In this document: positions 9,450 to 19,707 of the stretch, piece by piece
Position numbering within the stretch: position 1 is the first letter of the stretch
Layout: each line of letters opens with the position of its first letter
Source of the DNA: Bacteroidales bacterium UBA1223
Lineage (GTDB): Bacteria > Bacteroidota > Bacteroidia > Bacteroidales > P3
DNA: 64,000 nucleotides
Direction: 5' to 3'
NCBI GenBank assembly: GCA_002309155.1
Contig: DBXB01000025.1
Coordinates: 19,589-83,588 of the forward strand
Translations under genes and position numbers: made by a program
Notes under the pieces: model-generated
The model's input: only the letters and a program-made list of their open reading frames with translations
Databases searched by the model: none
What the model was told of the DNA's origin: nothing

Positions 9450-9995
9450 TTAAATTTCGTTCACTTCGTGTTGGAAAGATTCGCCTTGTATTTCGAACGA
9501 CACGCCGTTTTCTAATGCAGGAGAGAATAATATTTTTACATCCTCCATGTTGCTGTAGAAAGCAGCGTTGACGGCTTCACGCATTGTGTCGACGGAAACT
9601 ATGTATCTCACTGTTTCTCCGAACACGTTCTTGTATACGGTGCTGTCGCCGAGACAAATTATCATTTTGACTTTGCGGTCTGCCAGATTGCGCAGACGTT
9701 TGAGGTCGTTGAGACGCTGATTGTTCATCGATGCTCCGTTGGCGATCCAGATCACCGAGCTGTCGATAGTCTCAAGAGCGTACCATGTGGATAGTGGTGT
9801 ACGTGAGGCGGCGTCGTCTATAAAAGAGATGCCCTTGATACGTGCCACAAATTCCAGTTTGTGACGCATCTCGTCGATGAGACTGAAACATTCCCGGAGT
9901 TGTGTGCTTCTTAATTTCTTCAGCTTTGAGCTGTCGATGCCTGCAAGTCCTGTGTGGACTTTCTCGCGGCCTTGTGTTGCTAATGCTTCGTACAT
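9450..9995 (-). CDS. MurD C-terminal-domain-only protein (truncated, degenerate murD remnant)
   Basis: 181 aa aligns by eye to E. coli MurD residues ~300-438 ('HKLEFV..GISFIDD', 'ILFSPA'); no N-terminal or ATP-binding central domain; only 256 nt of repeat-filled non-coding DNA upstream. Confidence 0.7.
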   Translation of the reverse strand: MYEALATQGREKVHTGLAGIDSSKLKKLRSTQLRECFSLIDEMRHKLEFVARIKGISFIDDAASRTPLSTWYALETIDSSVIWIANGASMNNQRLNDLKRLRNLADRKVKMIICLGDSTVYKNVFGETVRYIVSVDTMREAVNAAFYSNMEDVKILFSPALENGVSFEIQGESFQHEVNEI

Positions 9996-10080
9996 GTATT
10001 TTTGGGAGAGTTTAAGGGATTATTATGATTTGTTTTATTTCTCGTGTTTTTAGAGATGGTAAAATATTAAAGTGAAATGA

Positions 10081-10222
10081 GGGGGAGTTAAGGGGAGTTA
10101 AGGGGAGTTAAGGGACAATAGCAACGGATGGCACCATTTGTCCTTTAACTTCTATAACTTCTTTTAACTTCCCATTGTTTTACTATATTTTTTAATCGTT
10201 ACTTAAAGGGTTTAAAGGGTTG
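10081..10222. repeat. intergenic element copy B (3x GGAGTTAAG tandem, conserved core, TTTAAA units)
   Basis: gggggagttaaggggagttaaggggagttaagggacaatagcaacggatggcaccatttgtcc ... gttttactatattttttaatcgttacttaaagggtttaaagggttg. Confidence 0.85.
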
Positions 10223-10251
10223 TCTAATCACTTTTCACTAATCACTTAATG

Positions 10252-11520
10252 TTATCTTAGTTTGAATGTTGCCAGAGTGAGTATGGCGAGAAGAATAGAG
10301 ATGATGTAAAAGCGTGTGACAATCTTCTCTTCCGGCATTTTCTTTTCCTGGTAGTGGTGGTGTAGGGGAGTCATGAGGAACACTCTTTTTGAGATGGGGA
10401 CATCAATGTTGATGGGAAGATGATGTTTGCGGCGGTAAATCTTGCATCCGGCGCGCTGAATGATGACTGACAGACTTTCCATAAGCATAGTGCCGCAGAG
10501 AAGAGGCAGCAGAAGTTCTTTTCGAATCAGTAGCGCGAAAACGGCTATGATGCCTCCGATAGTAAGAGAACCGGTGTCGCCCATGAAAATCTCCGCGGGA
10601 TGAGTGTTGAACCAAAGGAAACCTATGGTGGCACCGACAAAGGCAGTGATGAATACCGCCAGTTCGCCGATTCCGGGTAGGTACATCATGTTAAGATAGT
10701 TGGCAAAGATTACGTTGCCGGATATCCATGCCAATAGCGCCAGAGTGACTCCGATAATGGCTGACGTACCGGTACAGAGTCCGTCGATACCGTCGGTTAG
10801 ATTGGCACTGTTGGATGTTGCGGTGACGACGAGGATGACGAGTATTACATATACCACCCAGACCCATTTCTTAGCCCAGTCGCCCATCCAAGTGATGACT
10901 TTGGAATAATCCAGTTCATGATTTTTCACAAAGGGGATGGTGGTCTTTGTCGTTTTTACATAACTGTCTTGATACGAGGCGGTCTGGTCGGTATTTTCGA
11001 TGGTTGTCCCTGCGTCGGCATAGAGCCCTGAAGTATTCCGTTCCTTGGTGACTATGTCAGGATGGTACATAATCAGCAGACCTACGGAGAGACCGAGAAT
11101 AACCTGGCCGACGACTTTGTATTTGCCGTTCAGACCTTTCTTGTTTTTCTTGAACACCTTGATGTAATCATCCAAGAATCCAAGAAGTCCAAGCCAGATT
11201 GTCGTGCCAAGCATGATAAGCACATAGATGTTCAAGAATTTGGAGAAGAGCAGGGTCGGTATGACGATGGCGGCAATGATGAGCAATCCTCCCATTGTCG
11301 GGGTCCCTTCCTTCTCTTTCTGTCCTTCAAGTCCGAGGTCTCTGACGGTCTCGCCTATCTGTTGCTTGCGGAGCCATTTGATGAAAGGTTTGCCGAAGAA
11401 CAGCATGATAAGGAGGGATGTCCCAGCCGATGCCGCTGCGCGGAACGAGATATATTGGAAGACTCCGGCTCCGGGGAAGTCGAATTCATTGTCAAGCCAA
11501 GAAAACAGATAATACAACAT
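10252..11520 (-). CDS. mraY: phospho-N-acetylmuramoyl-pentapeptide transferase MraY
   Basis: 422-aa polytopic protein, 'NLTDGIDGL' and 'FMGDTGSL' MraY motifs; dcw position. Confidence 0.95.
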   Translation of the reverse strand: MLYYLFSWLDNEFDFPGAGVFQYISFRAAASAGTSLLIMLFFGKPFIKWLRKQQIGETVRDLGLEGQKEKEGTPTMGGLLIIAAIVIPTLLFSKFLNIYVLIMLGTTIWLGLLGFLDDYIKVFKKNKKGLNGKYKVVGQVILGLSVGLLIMYHPDIVTKERNTSGLYADAGTTIENTDQTASYQDSYVKTTKTTIPFVKNHELDYSKVITWMGDWAKKWVWVVYVILVILVVTATSNSANLTDGIDGLCTGTSAIIGVTLALLAWISGNVIFANYLNMMYLPGIGELAVFITAFVGATIGFLWFNTHPAEIFMGDTGSLTIGGIIAVFALLIRKELLLPLLCGTMLMESLSVIIQRAGCKIYRRKHHLPINIDVPISKRVFLMTPLHHHYQEKKMPEEKIVTRFYIISILLAILTLATFKLR

Positions 11521-11536
11521 TGTGCTACTTTTTTAT

Positions 11537-11592
11537 AACTTTTAAACTTTTAAAACCCTTTAAACCTTTTAATCCTTTTAAACCTTTTTAAT
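11537..11592. repeat. TTTAAA-palindrome array overlapping the murE 3' end
   Basis: aacttttaaacttttaaaaccctttaaaccttttaatccttttaaaccttttt. Confidence 0.8.
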
Positions 11593-13053
11593 CTTCAGTT
11601 CGCGTTCCACCTCTTCGGTGTCATCGAAGTGATGGCGTACACCGTTGATTTCTTGATAGGTCTCGTGTCCTTTTCCGGCGATGAGGATGATGTCGCCGTC
11701 ATTGGCGATGAGTACGGCAGTCTTTATTGCCTGTCTGCGGTCGGTGATGCGTACTGTTGTGGAGAGCTCTTCTGGAGACAGGCCTGCTTCCATGGCGTCG
11801 AGTATCGACTCGGGTTTCTCGGTTCGAGGGTTGTCGGAGGTGAGAATCAGGTGGTCGCATCCGTCAGCGGCGATCTTTGCCATGACGGGACGTTTCAATG
11901 GGTCGCGGTCTCCACCACATCCCACAACGACTATCAGACTGTGACGGCGGTCGCGGACTTCATTGATGGTGTCGATGACATTCTGGAGAGCGTCGGGAGT
12001 ATGCGCATAGTCGACAATGGCTGTGATGCCTCCGATGTTTAGATATTGGAAGCGTCCGGGTGCCGCATGCAGTTGCGATGCAGTGGTGAGTACCTTGTCG
12101 CGGTCGAATCCGCAAAGTAGTGCGGTGGCGACGATGGCGGTGATGTTGTATGCGTTGAATCGTCCTACCAGAGGAGTCCAAAACTCCGTTCCGTTGAATT
12201 CCAGCTGTTGACCGTTGATAGTGCTCTCGATTATCTTGCAGCGATAGTCCGCCACGGTCTGAAGGCTGTAAGTCTTGACAGTGGCCTTGCAGTTCTGGAC
12301 CATCACTTTCCCGTTTTTGTCATCGATGTTGGTCAAGGCGAAGGCATCCTCGGGAAGGTTGTCGAAAAGAGTCTTCTTGGCGGCAATGTAGTTCGCCATG
12401 GTTTTATGGAAGTCGAGATGGTCGTGGGTGATATTGCTGAAGATGGCGCCGGCAAACCGAAGTCCTGCGATTCTGTTCTGTACTATGGCGTGCGAGCTTA
12501 CCTCCATGAAACAATATTCGCATCCTTTGGCAACCATCATGGAGAGCAGTCTGTTCAGTTCTATGGCGTCAGGGGTGGTATGGGTTGCCGCAAGTTCCTC
12601 TTCATCGATGCGGTTTACTATTGTAGATATCAAACCAGCGTGCAACCCCATCAGTCTTGTCATGCGATGCAGCAAGGTAACCGTGGTTGTTTTGCCATTG
12701 GTGCCTGTGATGCCTATGAGTTTGAGGTGCTCCGAGGGGTTGCCGTAGAAGTTGGAAGCCACCTTGCCCAGTGCCGAATCTGAATTTTCCACAACGATAA
12801 AGACGGTCTCCTTGGGTTGATTGTCTGGAAGAGTCTGACAAAGTATGACGGATGCTCCATGTTCGATGGCTATTCCGATATAGTTGTGCCCGTCGACATG
12901 CACCCCCTTCTGGGCGACGAACATAGATCCCTCTTTCACGTTCCGAGAGTCGAAAGTGATGTGCTGTACATCGATCTTGTCAATCGAAGAGAGTTCCTTG
13001 CCTTGGAGGAAGGCCTTGTACTCTATGCCTGTCAATATGTCGAGGAGATTCAT
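11578..13053 (-). CDS. murE: UDP-N-acetylmuramoyl-L-alanyl-D-glutamate--2,6-diaminopimelate ligase MurE
   Basis: P-loop 'GITGTNGKTTT', meso-DAP-type 'LTSDNPRTE' (DNPR) motif. Confidence 0.95.
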   Translation of the reverse strand: MNLLDILTGIEYKAFLQGKELSSIDKIDVQHITFDSRNVKEGSMFVAQKGVHVDGHNYIGIAIEHGASVILCQTLPDNQPKETVFIVVENSDSALGKVASNFYGNPSEHLKLIGITGTNGKTTTVTLLHRMTRLMGLHAGLISTIVNRIDEEELAATHTTPDAIELNRLLSMMVAKGCEYCFMEVSSHAIVQNRIAGLRFAGAIFSNITHDHLDFHKTMANYIAAKKTLFDNLPEDAFALTNIDDKNGKVMVQNCKATVKTYSLQTVADYRCKIIESTINGQQLEFNGTEFWTPLVGRFNAYNITAIVATALLCGFDRDKVLTTASQLHAAPGRFQYLNIGGITAIVDYAHTPDALQNVIDTINEVRDRRHSLIVVVGCGGDRDPLKRPVMAKIAADGCDHLILTSDNPRTEKPESILDAMEAGLSPEELSTTVRITDRRQAIKTAVLIANDGDIILIAGKGHETYQEINGVRHHFDDTEEVERELKIKKV

Positions 13054-13084
13054 GTCTGTGTTTGTTTTCGAGAGGTTGTTATTG

Positions 13085-15340
13085 TTATTTTGCCGCTTTG
13101 AGTTTCAGGTGAACTTTAGTGTTCTTGGTGATGGGAGTCCGGGCTTTTGGCTCTTGTGAGACCACCTTGCCGTACCCTTCGAAGGAGGCGTCGATACCCA
13201 TGCTTCGGCAGAGTAGCAGAGCGTCCTTGACAGTCATGCCGTAGCAGTTGGGCACCTGTCCGCGGGGTGGTGTATAGTCGATATATGCCGCCGGCAGGTC
13301 GGGGGTCTCTTCGTTATTGCTGTAAGTGCACCATAATGTCTGCATGCTTATCTTGCCGATATTAAGACCAAGGCGCTTGTAGATCTGTCTGACTTCTGCC
13401 TGTGGCGCTTTGGATACCGATGGGAGCAATTCCTCATCCTTGTTGGATCCTGCTTTGCGTTTTTCGGCAAGAATCTTCACTGTCGGACGACAGTCCAGTT
13501 CTTTGTCGAGCGATACCACGCAGTCTGCGATGTCCTGGAAGACAGGAGCCGCGTCACGTCCGAAACGAGTGATGTCGCGAAGCATGACCAGGCAGGTGTA
13601 TTTAGGATTGTCGGCGGGGAAGAATCCCACGAAAGTGGCGTTACTGGTATTGGCTCCCGGCGAAGTCTCTGCCGTTCCGGTCTTACCGGCGATGCTGTAG
13701 GTGTCGTTCTTTATGTTGTCGCCGGTTCCTCCCTCAACAACCCCTACCAGCATGTCACGCAGTGTCGTTGCGGTCTCAGGCGAGCAAATCTGTTCGTTGA
13801 TGACCTCCACGGGAAGATATTCGAGAGTGCCTTTGTTGATGATGGCTTTGCAGAAACGAGGTTTCACCATACGTCCTTTGTTGGCAAGGGCGTTGTAGAA
13901 TGTCGCCATTCTCAACGGTGATACGGCGCAGGTGTATCCGTAGCAGAATCTGAGGAAGTCGTTGTCATAAGTCAGTTTGTTGGTCCTGCAATTGTATTCA
14001 GTTCCGACAAGGTCTATATTCAGTTTCTGGAATGGGAAGATAGATGCTACGTTGTTGAAGAGTTCGTTGCGACGGTTGTTGTAGAAGCGCCAGCCCAGTT
14101 CAGAGAAGGTCACGTTGGATGATATTGCAACGGCTTTCCATAGGGGGTACATGTCGTTCTTCTGGCCACCATGGTCTATGACATCCTTGCTGTTGGCGCT
14201 GAATTTTTTTCTTCCGACAGGGACCAACATTGCTGTGTCGAGACTTAATGAGGCGTCGTTGAACATGGCTGTCAGAATGACGGGTTTGAATATTGAGCCC
14301 GGCTCGTAGATGTCGGAGATGGGCACGCTGCGGTATGGCATTTCCGCATAGTTGCCCAGACTGTCACGTATAAGACTTGCGCAGACGAGAACATCGCCAG
14401 TGGCCGCCTCAATGAGTATGGCGCATCCTGCGGAGCTGTTGTAAGTCCTCAAGGTGTGTTCAAGAGAGTAGTGGGCGATGTCTTGCAGACGGGTGTCGAT
14501 GGTTGCGACGATGTCTTGACCGTTGATTACAGGATGTCCGGGGATTGAGTCGGTGCGAACACTGTCGCTTTCGGAGGCATAGATGGTGCTGCCTTGTCCG
14601 ACGGGAATCCAGGAACCTCTTGTGAGACGGCGGCAGAGTACCAGTCCGTCCTGACCGCGGAGTATGGAATCATAATAGCCTTCGAGACCGTTATATTTCT
14701 CTTTCAGATAACTCTCGTTGAATCCTATGACACTCTCAGCCATATTGCCATAGGTCTTGAACCGGGAGTAATGGATCACCGATTTGCCGTCGACGTACTT
14801 CACCACGCCACGGTTCCATCCTTTGTATCTGCATATGCGGCTCCAGTAGGAGTAGGGCACATGTCTCTTGACAAGGACGCATCCTCTCGGTTTCTCCGCC
14901 GTGCGGTAGTTGTGGATTCTTCTCTTGAAACTTGCCGCCGATGAATCGGGGAATGCCTCGTGCAGGACAAGGCAGACGCTGTCGAGGTACTTATTATAGT
15001 TTTCGTCTGAGATCTGTGTGCGGTAGATTGTTCTGCCGGTGCTGTCGGTCTTTATGTTACCGTTCTTGTCTTTTTCGGGTACTCGGCTGAAATCCAGATA
15101 TAAGTCACATTCAGGCACCGTGGTGGCGAGGATTTTGCCGTCAGAGGAGTAGATGTTGCCGCGCTGGGCTTTCTTCTCTATATAGTTCTTGGTGAATTTT
15201 TCGGCGCGCTTACGCCAGGTGTCACCGTCTATCATGCTGACTTTGACAAGCGACCATAGTATAGCAAGCGTGAATCCCACCACGAGGATCAGGAACAGGA
15301 TGCCGATTTTGGCTTTGGATGATAGACCTTCTTGTTTCAT
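13085..15340 (-). CDS. ftsI: division transpeptidase FtsI/PBP3-like penicillin-binding protein with C-terminal PASTA domain
   Basis: SxxK 'GSIFKP', SxN 'SSN', 'GKTGTA'; N-terminal TM; PASTA-like tail 'YGMTVKDALLLCRSMGI'. Confidence 0.9.
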   Translation of the reverse strand: MKQEGLSSKAKIGILFLILVVGFTLAILWSLVKVSMIDGDTWRKRAEKFTKNYIEKKAQRGNIYSSDGKILATTVPECDLYLDFSRVPEKDKNGNIKTDSTGRTIYRTQISDENYNKYLDSVCLVLHEAFPDSSAASFKRRIHNYRTAEKPRGCVLVKRHVPYSYWSRICRYKGWNRGVVKYVDGKSVIHYSRFKTYGNMAESVIGFNESYLKEKYNGLEGYYDSILRGQDGLVLCRRLTRGSWIPVGQGSTIYASESDSVRTDSIPGHPVINGQDIVATIDTRLQDIAHYSLEHTLRTYNSSAGCAILIEAATGDVLVCASLIRDSLGNYAEMPYRSVPISDIYEPGSIFKPVILTAMFNDASLSLDTAMLVPVGRKKFSANSKDVIDHGGQKNDMYPLWKAVAISSNVTFSELGWRFYNNRRNELFNNVASIFPFQKLNIDLVGTEYNCRTNKLTYDNDFLRFCYGYTCAVSPLRMATFYNALANKGRMVKPRFCKAIINKGTLEYLPVEVINEQICSPETATTLRDMLVGVVEGGTGDNIKNDTYSIAGKTGTAETSPGANTSNATFVGFFPADNPKYTCLVMLRDITRFGRDAAPVFQDIADCVVSLDKELDCRPTVKILAEKRKAGSNKDEELLPSVSKAPQAEVRQIYKRLGLNIGKISMQTLWCTYSNNEETPDLPAAYIDYTPPRGQVPNCYGMTVKDALLLCRSMGIDASFEGYGKVVSQEPKARTPITKNTKVHLKLKAAK

Positions 15341-15400
15341 TTTTGCCTGCTAGTTTATATAATGTATATTATTCTATGTTATAAGTAGTATATGGTGAGT

Positions 15401-15727
15401 TTACTTTTCGGATTCAATTTTCAGTTCGTATGGCGGACCGGCGACCAGGCCGATGCCGAGAGTGTCGAGTTCTTTGTCAATGCGTGAGATTCTGATGGAT
15501 TCCTGGTATTGTTTCTGCATTTGAACCCTTTGTTCGTGCATATAGCTCAACTCTTTCTGCAAGTTCTCTTTTTCTTTGTTGAGGTTCTCTACCTGATAAC
15601 GCATCGAGACCATGATAAGGCAGAGTACGAGGATGATGAACAGAAGGAACAGCTGGTTGGTGAAGAATTCCGATTCTAGTACGTCACCTCCGAGAATCTG
15701 GAGGAATTTCTTGTTTCCCTTTTTCAT
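15401..15727 (-). CDS. ftsL: FtsL-like small bitopic division protein
   Basis: 108 aa, one TM plus coiled-coil, 4-nt overlap with the rsmH stop, between rsmH and ftsI. Confidence 0.6.
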   Translation of the reverse strand: MKKGNKKFLQILGGDVLESEFFTNQLFLLFIILVLCLIMVSMRYQVENLNKEKENLQKELSYMHEQRVQMQKQYQESIRISRIDKELDTLGIGLVAGPPYELKIESEK

Positions 15728-16668
15728 AGTTCACCTCCTTTCTTTTCCGCCACTCTGAGTTTTGCGCTGCGAGAGCGGGAGTTCGTCTGCAGTTCGTTCT
15801 CAGTGGGAGTGATTGGTTTGCGTGATACAGTCTTGAGTGGGGCGATTAAATTGCCGTAGAAGTCTTTGTTTACTTCGCCTTCGAAGTTGCCATATCTGAA
15901 GAAGTTCTTCACCAGACGGTCTTCGAGGGAGTGATAGGAGATGATGCAGATGCGTCCTTCGTCGTTGAGCAGTTCTGTGGCTTGGGAGAGCATCTGTCTC
16001 AAGGCCTCAAGTTCACCATTCACCTCTATGCGGAGGGCTTGGAAGATCATTGCCAGATATTTGTTTTCCTTGTTCCGGGGCAGAAGATGTTCGACGCAGT
16101 GGCGTAGCTGGCCTGTTGTGGTTATGGGTTCGAGAGCGCGATGCTGGGTGATGGCGTGTGCAAGTTGTGCCGCGTTAGGCAGTTCGCCATAAAGTCGCAG
16201 GATATTTGCCAGACTCTTCTCGTCAGAGTTGTTGACGATCACCGATGCGTCTGTCTGTTGCCTGCGGTCCATACGTAGGTCCAGAGGACCGTCGAAACGA
16301 GTCGAGAACCCCCTCTCCGCGGTGTCGATTTGATGGCTGCTGATTCCCAGATCCGCCAGCAATCCGTCGAAGCGACGCACGCCGTGAAGGCGGAGGAAAT
16401 TCTTCAGGAACATGAAGTTCTCCTGGATGAGGGTAAAGCGAGGATCTTCGATGCCGTTCTTTGCGGCGTCGCTGTCACGGTCAAAAGCATAGAGTCTGCC
16501 ATTCTCATTGAGACGGGAGAGGATGGCTCGGGAATGGCCACCGCCACCGAATGTCACGTCAACATAGATGCCGTCAGGACGGATATTCAGACCGTCGAGG
16601 CATTCGTCGAGCAACACCGGAAGGTGGTAGGAGGACGGTTGGGCACTATGATTGGGACTCTGAGACAT
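15724..16668 (-). CDS. rsmH: 16S rRNA (cytosine1402-N4)-methyltransferase RsmH
   Basis: 'HLPVLLDE', 'DVTFGGGGHS' motifs; follows mraZ. Confidence 0.95.
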   Translation of the reverse strand: MSQSPNHSAQPSSYHLPVLLDECLDGLNIRPDGIYVDVTFGGGGHSRAILSRLNENGRLYAFDRDSDAAKNGIEDPRFTLIQENFMFLKNFLRLHGVRRFDGLLADLGISSHQIDTAERGFSTRFDGPLDLRMDRRQQTDASVIVNNSDEKSLANILRLYGELPNAAQLAHAITQHRALEPITTTGQLRHCVEHLLPRNKENKYLAMIFQALRIEVNGELEALRQMLSQATELLNDEGRICIISYHSLEDRLVKNFFRYGNFEGEVNKDFYGNLIAPLKTVSRKPITPTENELQTNSRSRSAKLRVAEKKGGEL

Positions 16669-17122
16669 TGCTATTGCGTCGCACTTTACCCAGTCGCTCG
16701 TCTATTCGTTGCGAGTAGCTGGCGTTGTTTTCATTGTCACGGCAATAGGTGTCATAATCCCAGATCTCAAGACAATCGCCTGTGGATTGCAGTACGATTT
16801 CTTTCGAAGTTTTGAACAGCTGTCTCATCTCGTTGGGGATGACGAGACGGTCGTTGTTGTCCATCTCGACGATTTTGCCGCGAGTGAGTTTGCGACGCAG
16901 ATAACGGTCTTCTGCAGAGTAGGGGTTTAGTTCGCTTTTGAGAAATTCGACTTCAGCTCGAAAACTTTCGTATGTCCATAATTCCAGACACTCGGCATCG
17001 ACACTTGGTCTGAATACAAAGCGCATATCCTCGTCCTCAAGTTGGCGTTTTAAGCCAATTGGGAACTTGAATCGCCCATTGTTATCGAGCTTACAGTACT
17101 CTAAACCAAGTAGTGACACCAT
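16646..17122 (-). CDS. mraZ: transcriptional regulator MraZ
   Basis: two SpoVT/AbrB-like halves with 'DNNGRFKFP' and 'DNNDRLVIP'; first gene of the dcw cluster. Confidence 0.9.
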   Translation of the reverse strand: MVSLLGLEYCKLDNNGRFKFPIGLKRQLEDEDMRFVFRPSVDAECLELWTYESFRAEVEFLKSELNPYSAEDRYLRRKLTRGKIVEMDNNDRLVIPNEMRQLFKTSKEIVLQSTGDCLEIWDYDTYCRDNENNASYSQRIDERLGKVRRNSNVSESQS

Positions 17123-17446
17123 TATTGCCTATTTATTTTCGAACTGTAAAGTTATGACAAATTTTCCAATAAATCCCATTTTATTTCAAAAAAGAACTAT
17201 TTTTTCCAAAAAATTCCTTTTGCATTTGTTTATTACGTGAAAAATGACAAAAAGTTTCATTTCCGGCAGACAAAAGCGGAAGTGAAGAAAATAAAGCCTG
17301 TTTGGTGATTTTCTGAGTGGCTGGGAAAGGGTTTTCAAGTCCGAAATTTTCGCCTTTTTGTTGTTGAAAACTTTTTTTGAGAACAACGTGGTGGTGGACG
17401 TCCATTTTTTTCCAATCCCGACATTTCATAAATCTAAAAAATAGTG

Positions 17447-17454
17447 TAAATTTG
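17447..17454 (+). promoter_or_regulatory. -7 box TAAATTTG upstream of the S46 peptidase gene
   Basis: matches TAnnTTTG, 82 nt upstream of the ATG at 17536. Confidence 0.5.
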
Positions 17455-17535
17455 CAAACAGAGAATGATATGTGTTGGCAAGTTCAAGATATTGATAAAT
17501 AGTAAGTTGTATTAATCATAATAATTTTTCGAAAA

Positions 17536-19707
17536 ATGAAAATCAAAACATTGTTATTGTCCGCACTTATGGTGCTGACGCTTCCATCCCTGTCGCATGC
17601 CGACGAGGGTATGTGGTTGCTTTCACTTATCGGCAAGAACTATGCTGATATGCAGAAGGCCGGTTTCAAGTTGACCGCCGAGGACATCTATAGCATAAAC
17701 CAGAATTGCATCAAGGATGCCATTGTGGGACTTGGCAACGAAGGGTCTCCATTTTGGCATTTCTGCACTGGTGAGATCATCTCCAACCAAGGTCTGATGT
17801 CGACAAACCATCACTGCGGTTATGGTAAACTCCAAGAGCATTCCACTGTTGAGCATGACTATCTGCGTGATGGATTCTGGGCATATTCAAAGAAAGATGA
17901 GCTCCCGAACCCCGGACTTACAGCCTCTATCCTGGTTCGTATGGAGGATGTAACCGATGAGGTCAAAGCCGCCTTGTCAGACGATATGAGTGAATCGGAG
18001 AGAGCCCGTGCCATTCAGGAGGTATGTAGCCGTATTGAAAAGAAAGCTGTTGATGGCACCATATACAATGCTCAGGTTAAGTCGATGTTTAACGGTAATC
18101 AGTTCTTCCTCTTTGTCCATATCATCTACAAGGATGTCCGACTGGTCGGCGCACCCCCGTCGTCGATGGGAAAATTTGGAGGCGATACCGATAACTGGTC
18201 GTGGCCCCGTCATACATGCGATTTCTCCATGTTCCGCATCTACACTGCTCCCGACGGTACTCCCGCTGAGTATTCCGATGCCAATATTCCCCTGGTCCCC
18301 AAGCATTATCTGCCAGTAAGCAACAGAGAACTTAAGGACGGCGATTTCGCAATGGTCATGGGCTTCCCCGGAACCACCAACCACTTCCTCACTTCCTATG
18401 GACTGGAAGAGACGATGAATATCACGAACAAGCTCCGTTATGAGATTCGCACCGTCAAGATTAATGTGCTTCGTGAGGAGATGGCCGCAAGCCAGGAGAC
18501 AAAGATTAAATATGCCAGCAAGTATGCCAGCTGCTCCAACTACTGGAAATACAGCAATGAGCAGAATAAAGCCCTCAAGAACCTGAACACCATGGCTCTC
18601 AAGAAGGATATAGAGCGTACCTACTCAATTTGGGCAAAAGACAAAGACCCCAAATATGCCGCCGCTCTGTCCCAAATAGCTGAAGGATATGCCGCCCGTG
18701 CTCCCTACCAGGAGGCTCTCATGTATTACTCTGAAGGTCTGCTCCAAGGTCCAGAGTTGTTGCTTCAGTCCGTCAGGGTGTATAGCACTCTGCAATCCAT
18801 GAATGATCCTCGTTATGCTGAAATGAAGGACGGAATGATAGAAGCCATCTATGCCGATGCCGAGGAATTCTACAAAGATTACGATATGAATACCGAGAAG
18901 AAGCTTATGGCTGAGATGATGAAGTATGTCTACAAGCATTTGGAGATGAAATATATGCCTGATTTCCTTGTCAATGCCGATAAGAAATTCAAAGGTGACT
19001 TCAGTAAATATGTTGAAGACATGTTCTCCAAGACAGTCTTTGCAAGCAAGGAGAGTTTTATGAAATTCATGCAGAAACCTGAACTGAAGAAGTTGGAGAA
19101 AGATCCCCTGACGAAGGCCGCTAATGAGACATATCAGAAATATGTGGAAATCCGCAGGATGATTCCTAAAGAGTCTTCCGACAATCTGCAGAGAGGTATC
19201 CGCAATTTCACCGATGGCATTCTGCAAATCAACAAAAACACCAAGTTGATGAGTCCTGACGCCAACTCTACCATCCGTCTTACTTATGGCAATGTCAAGG
19301 CATACGATCCGAAGGATGCCGTCTCCTACAGCTATTATACCACCCTCAAGGGTGTGATGGAGAAAGAGGACCCCACCAGCAGTGAGTTTATGGTTCCCAA
19401 GCATCTCAAAGACCTCTATGAGGCACGTGATTTCGGTCCCTATGCCAACAGCAAGGGAGAGCTGGTGACCTGCTTTGTTACCAACAATGATATCACTGGA
19501 GGAAACTCCGGAAGTCCTGTTCTCGACGCCGAGGGCAACCTTATCGGTCTTGCTTTTGACGGCAACAGCGAGGCAATGTCAGGCGACATTGACTTTGAGG
19601 AGAACCTGCAGCGTTGCATCTGTCTGGATTCACGCTACATGCTCTTTGTCATTGACAAATATGCCAATGCGCAGAACCTTATCCAAGAGATGGATATAGT
19701 CAGATAG
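17536..19707 (+). CDS. S46-family dipeptidyl-peptidase (DPP7/DPP11 family), secreted
   Basis: signal peptide then the family-typical mature N-terminus 'DEGMWL'; catalytic Ser motif 'GGNSGSPV'. Confidence 0.9.
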   Translation: MKIKTLLLSALMVLTLPSLSHADEGMWLLSLIGKNYADMQKAGFKLTAEDIYSINQNCIKDAIVGLGNEGSPFWHFCTGEIISNQGLMSTNHHCGYGKLQEHSTVEHDYLRDGFWAYSKKDELPNPGLTASILVRMEDVTDEVKAALSDDMSESERARAIQEVCSRIEKKAVDGTIYNAQVKSMFNGNQFFLFVHIIYKDVRLVGAPPSSMGKFGGDTDNWSWPRHTCDFSMFRIYTAPDGTPAEYSDANIPLVPKHYLPVSNRELKDGDFAMVMGFPGTTNHFLTSYGLEETMNITNKLRYEIRTVKINVLREEMAASQETKIKYASKYASCSNYWKYSNEQNKALKNLNTMALKKDIERTYSIWAKDKDPKYAAALSQIAEGYAARAPYQEALMYYSEGLLQGPELLLQSVRVYSTLQSMNDPRYAEMKDGMIEAIYADAEEFYKDYDMNTEKKLMAEMMKYVYKHLEMKYMPDFLVNADKKFKGDFSKYVEDMFSKTVFASKESFMKFMQKPELKKLEKDPLTKAANETYQKYVEIRRMIPKESSDNLQRGIRNFTDGILQINKNTKLMSPDANSTIRLTYGNVKAYDPKDAVSYSYYTTLKGVMEKEDPTSSEFMVPKHLKDLYEARDFGPYANSKGELVTCFVTNNDITGGNSGSPVLDAEGNLIGLAFDGNSEAMSGDIDFEENLQRCICLDSRYMLFVIDKYANAQNLIQEMDIVR

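Noticed and set aside
12208-12783. 191-aa plus-strand ORF
   Set aside because: It is antisense to murE, with no motif and no independent start context.
17385-17400. GTGGTGGTGG run as candidate MraZ operator upstream of mraZ
   Set aside because: It lies ~270 nt from the mraZ ATG, is on the wrong strand for phased repeats, and has no 10-11-nt periodic repeat series. The evidence is insufficient.
18625-19404. 259-aa minus-strand ORF
   Set aside because: It is antisense to the S46 peptidase gene and is a shadow ORF.
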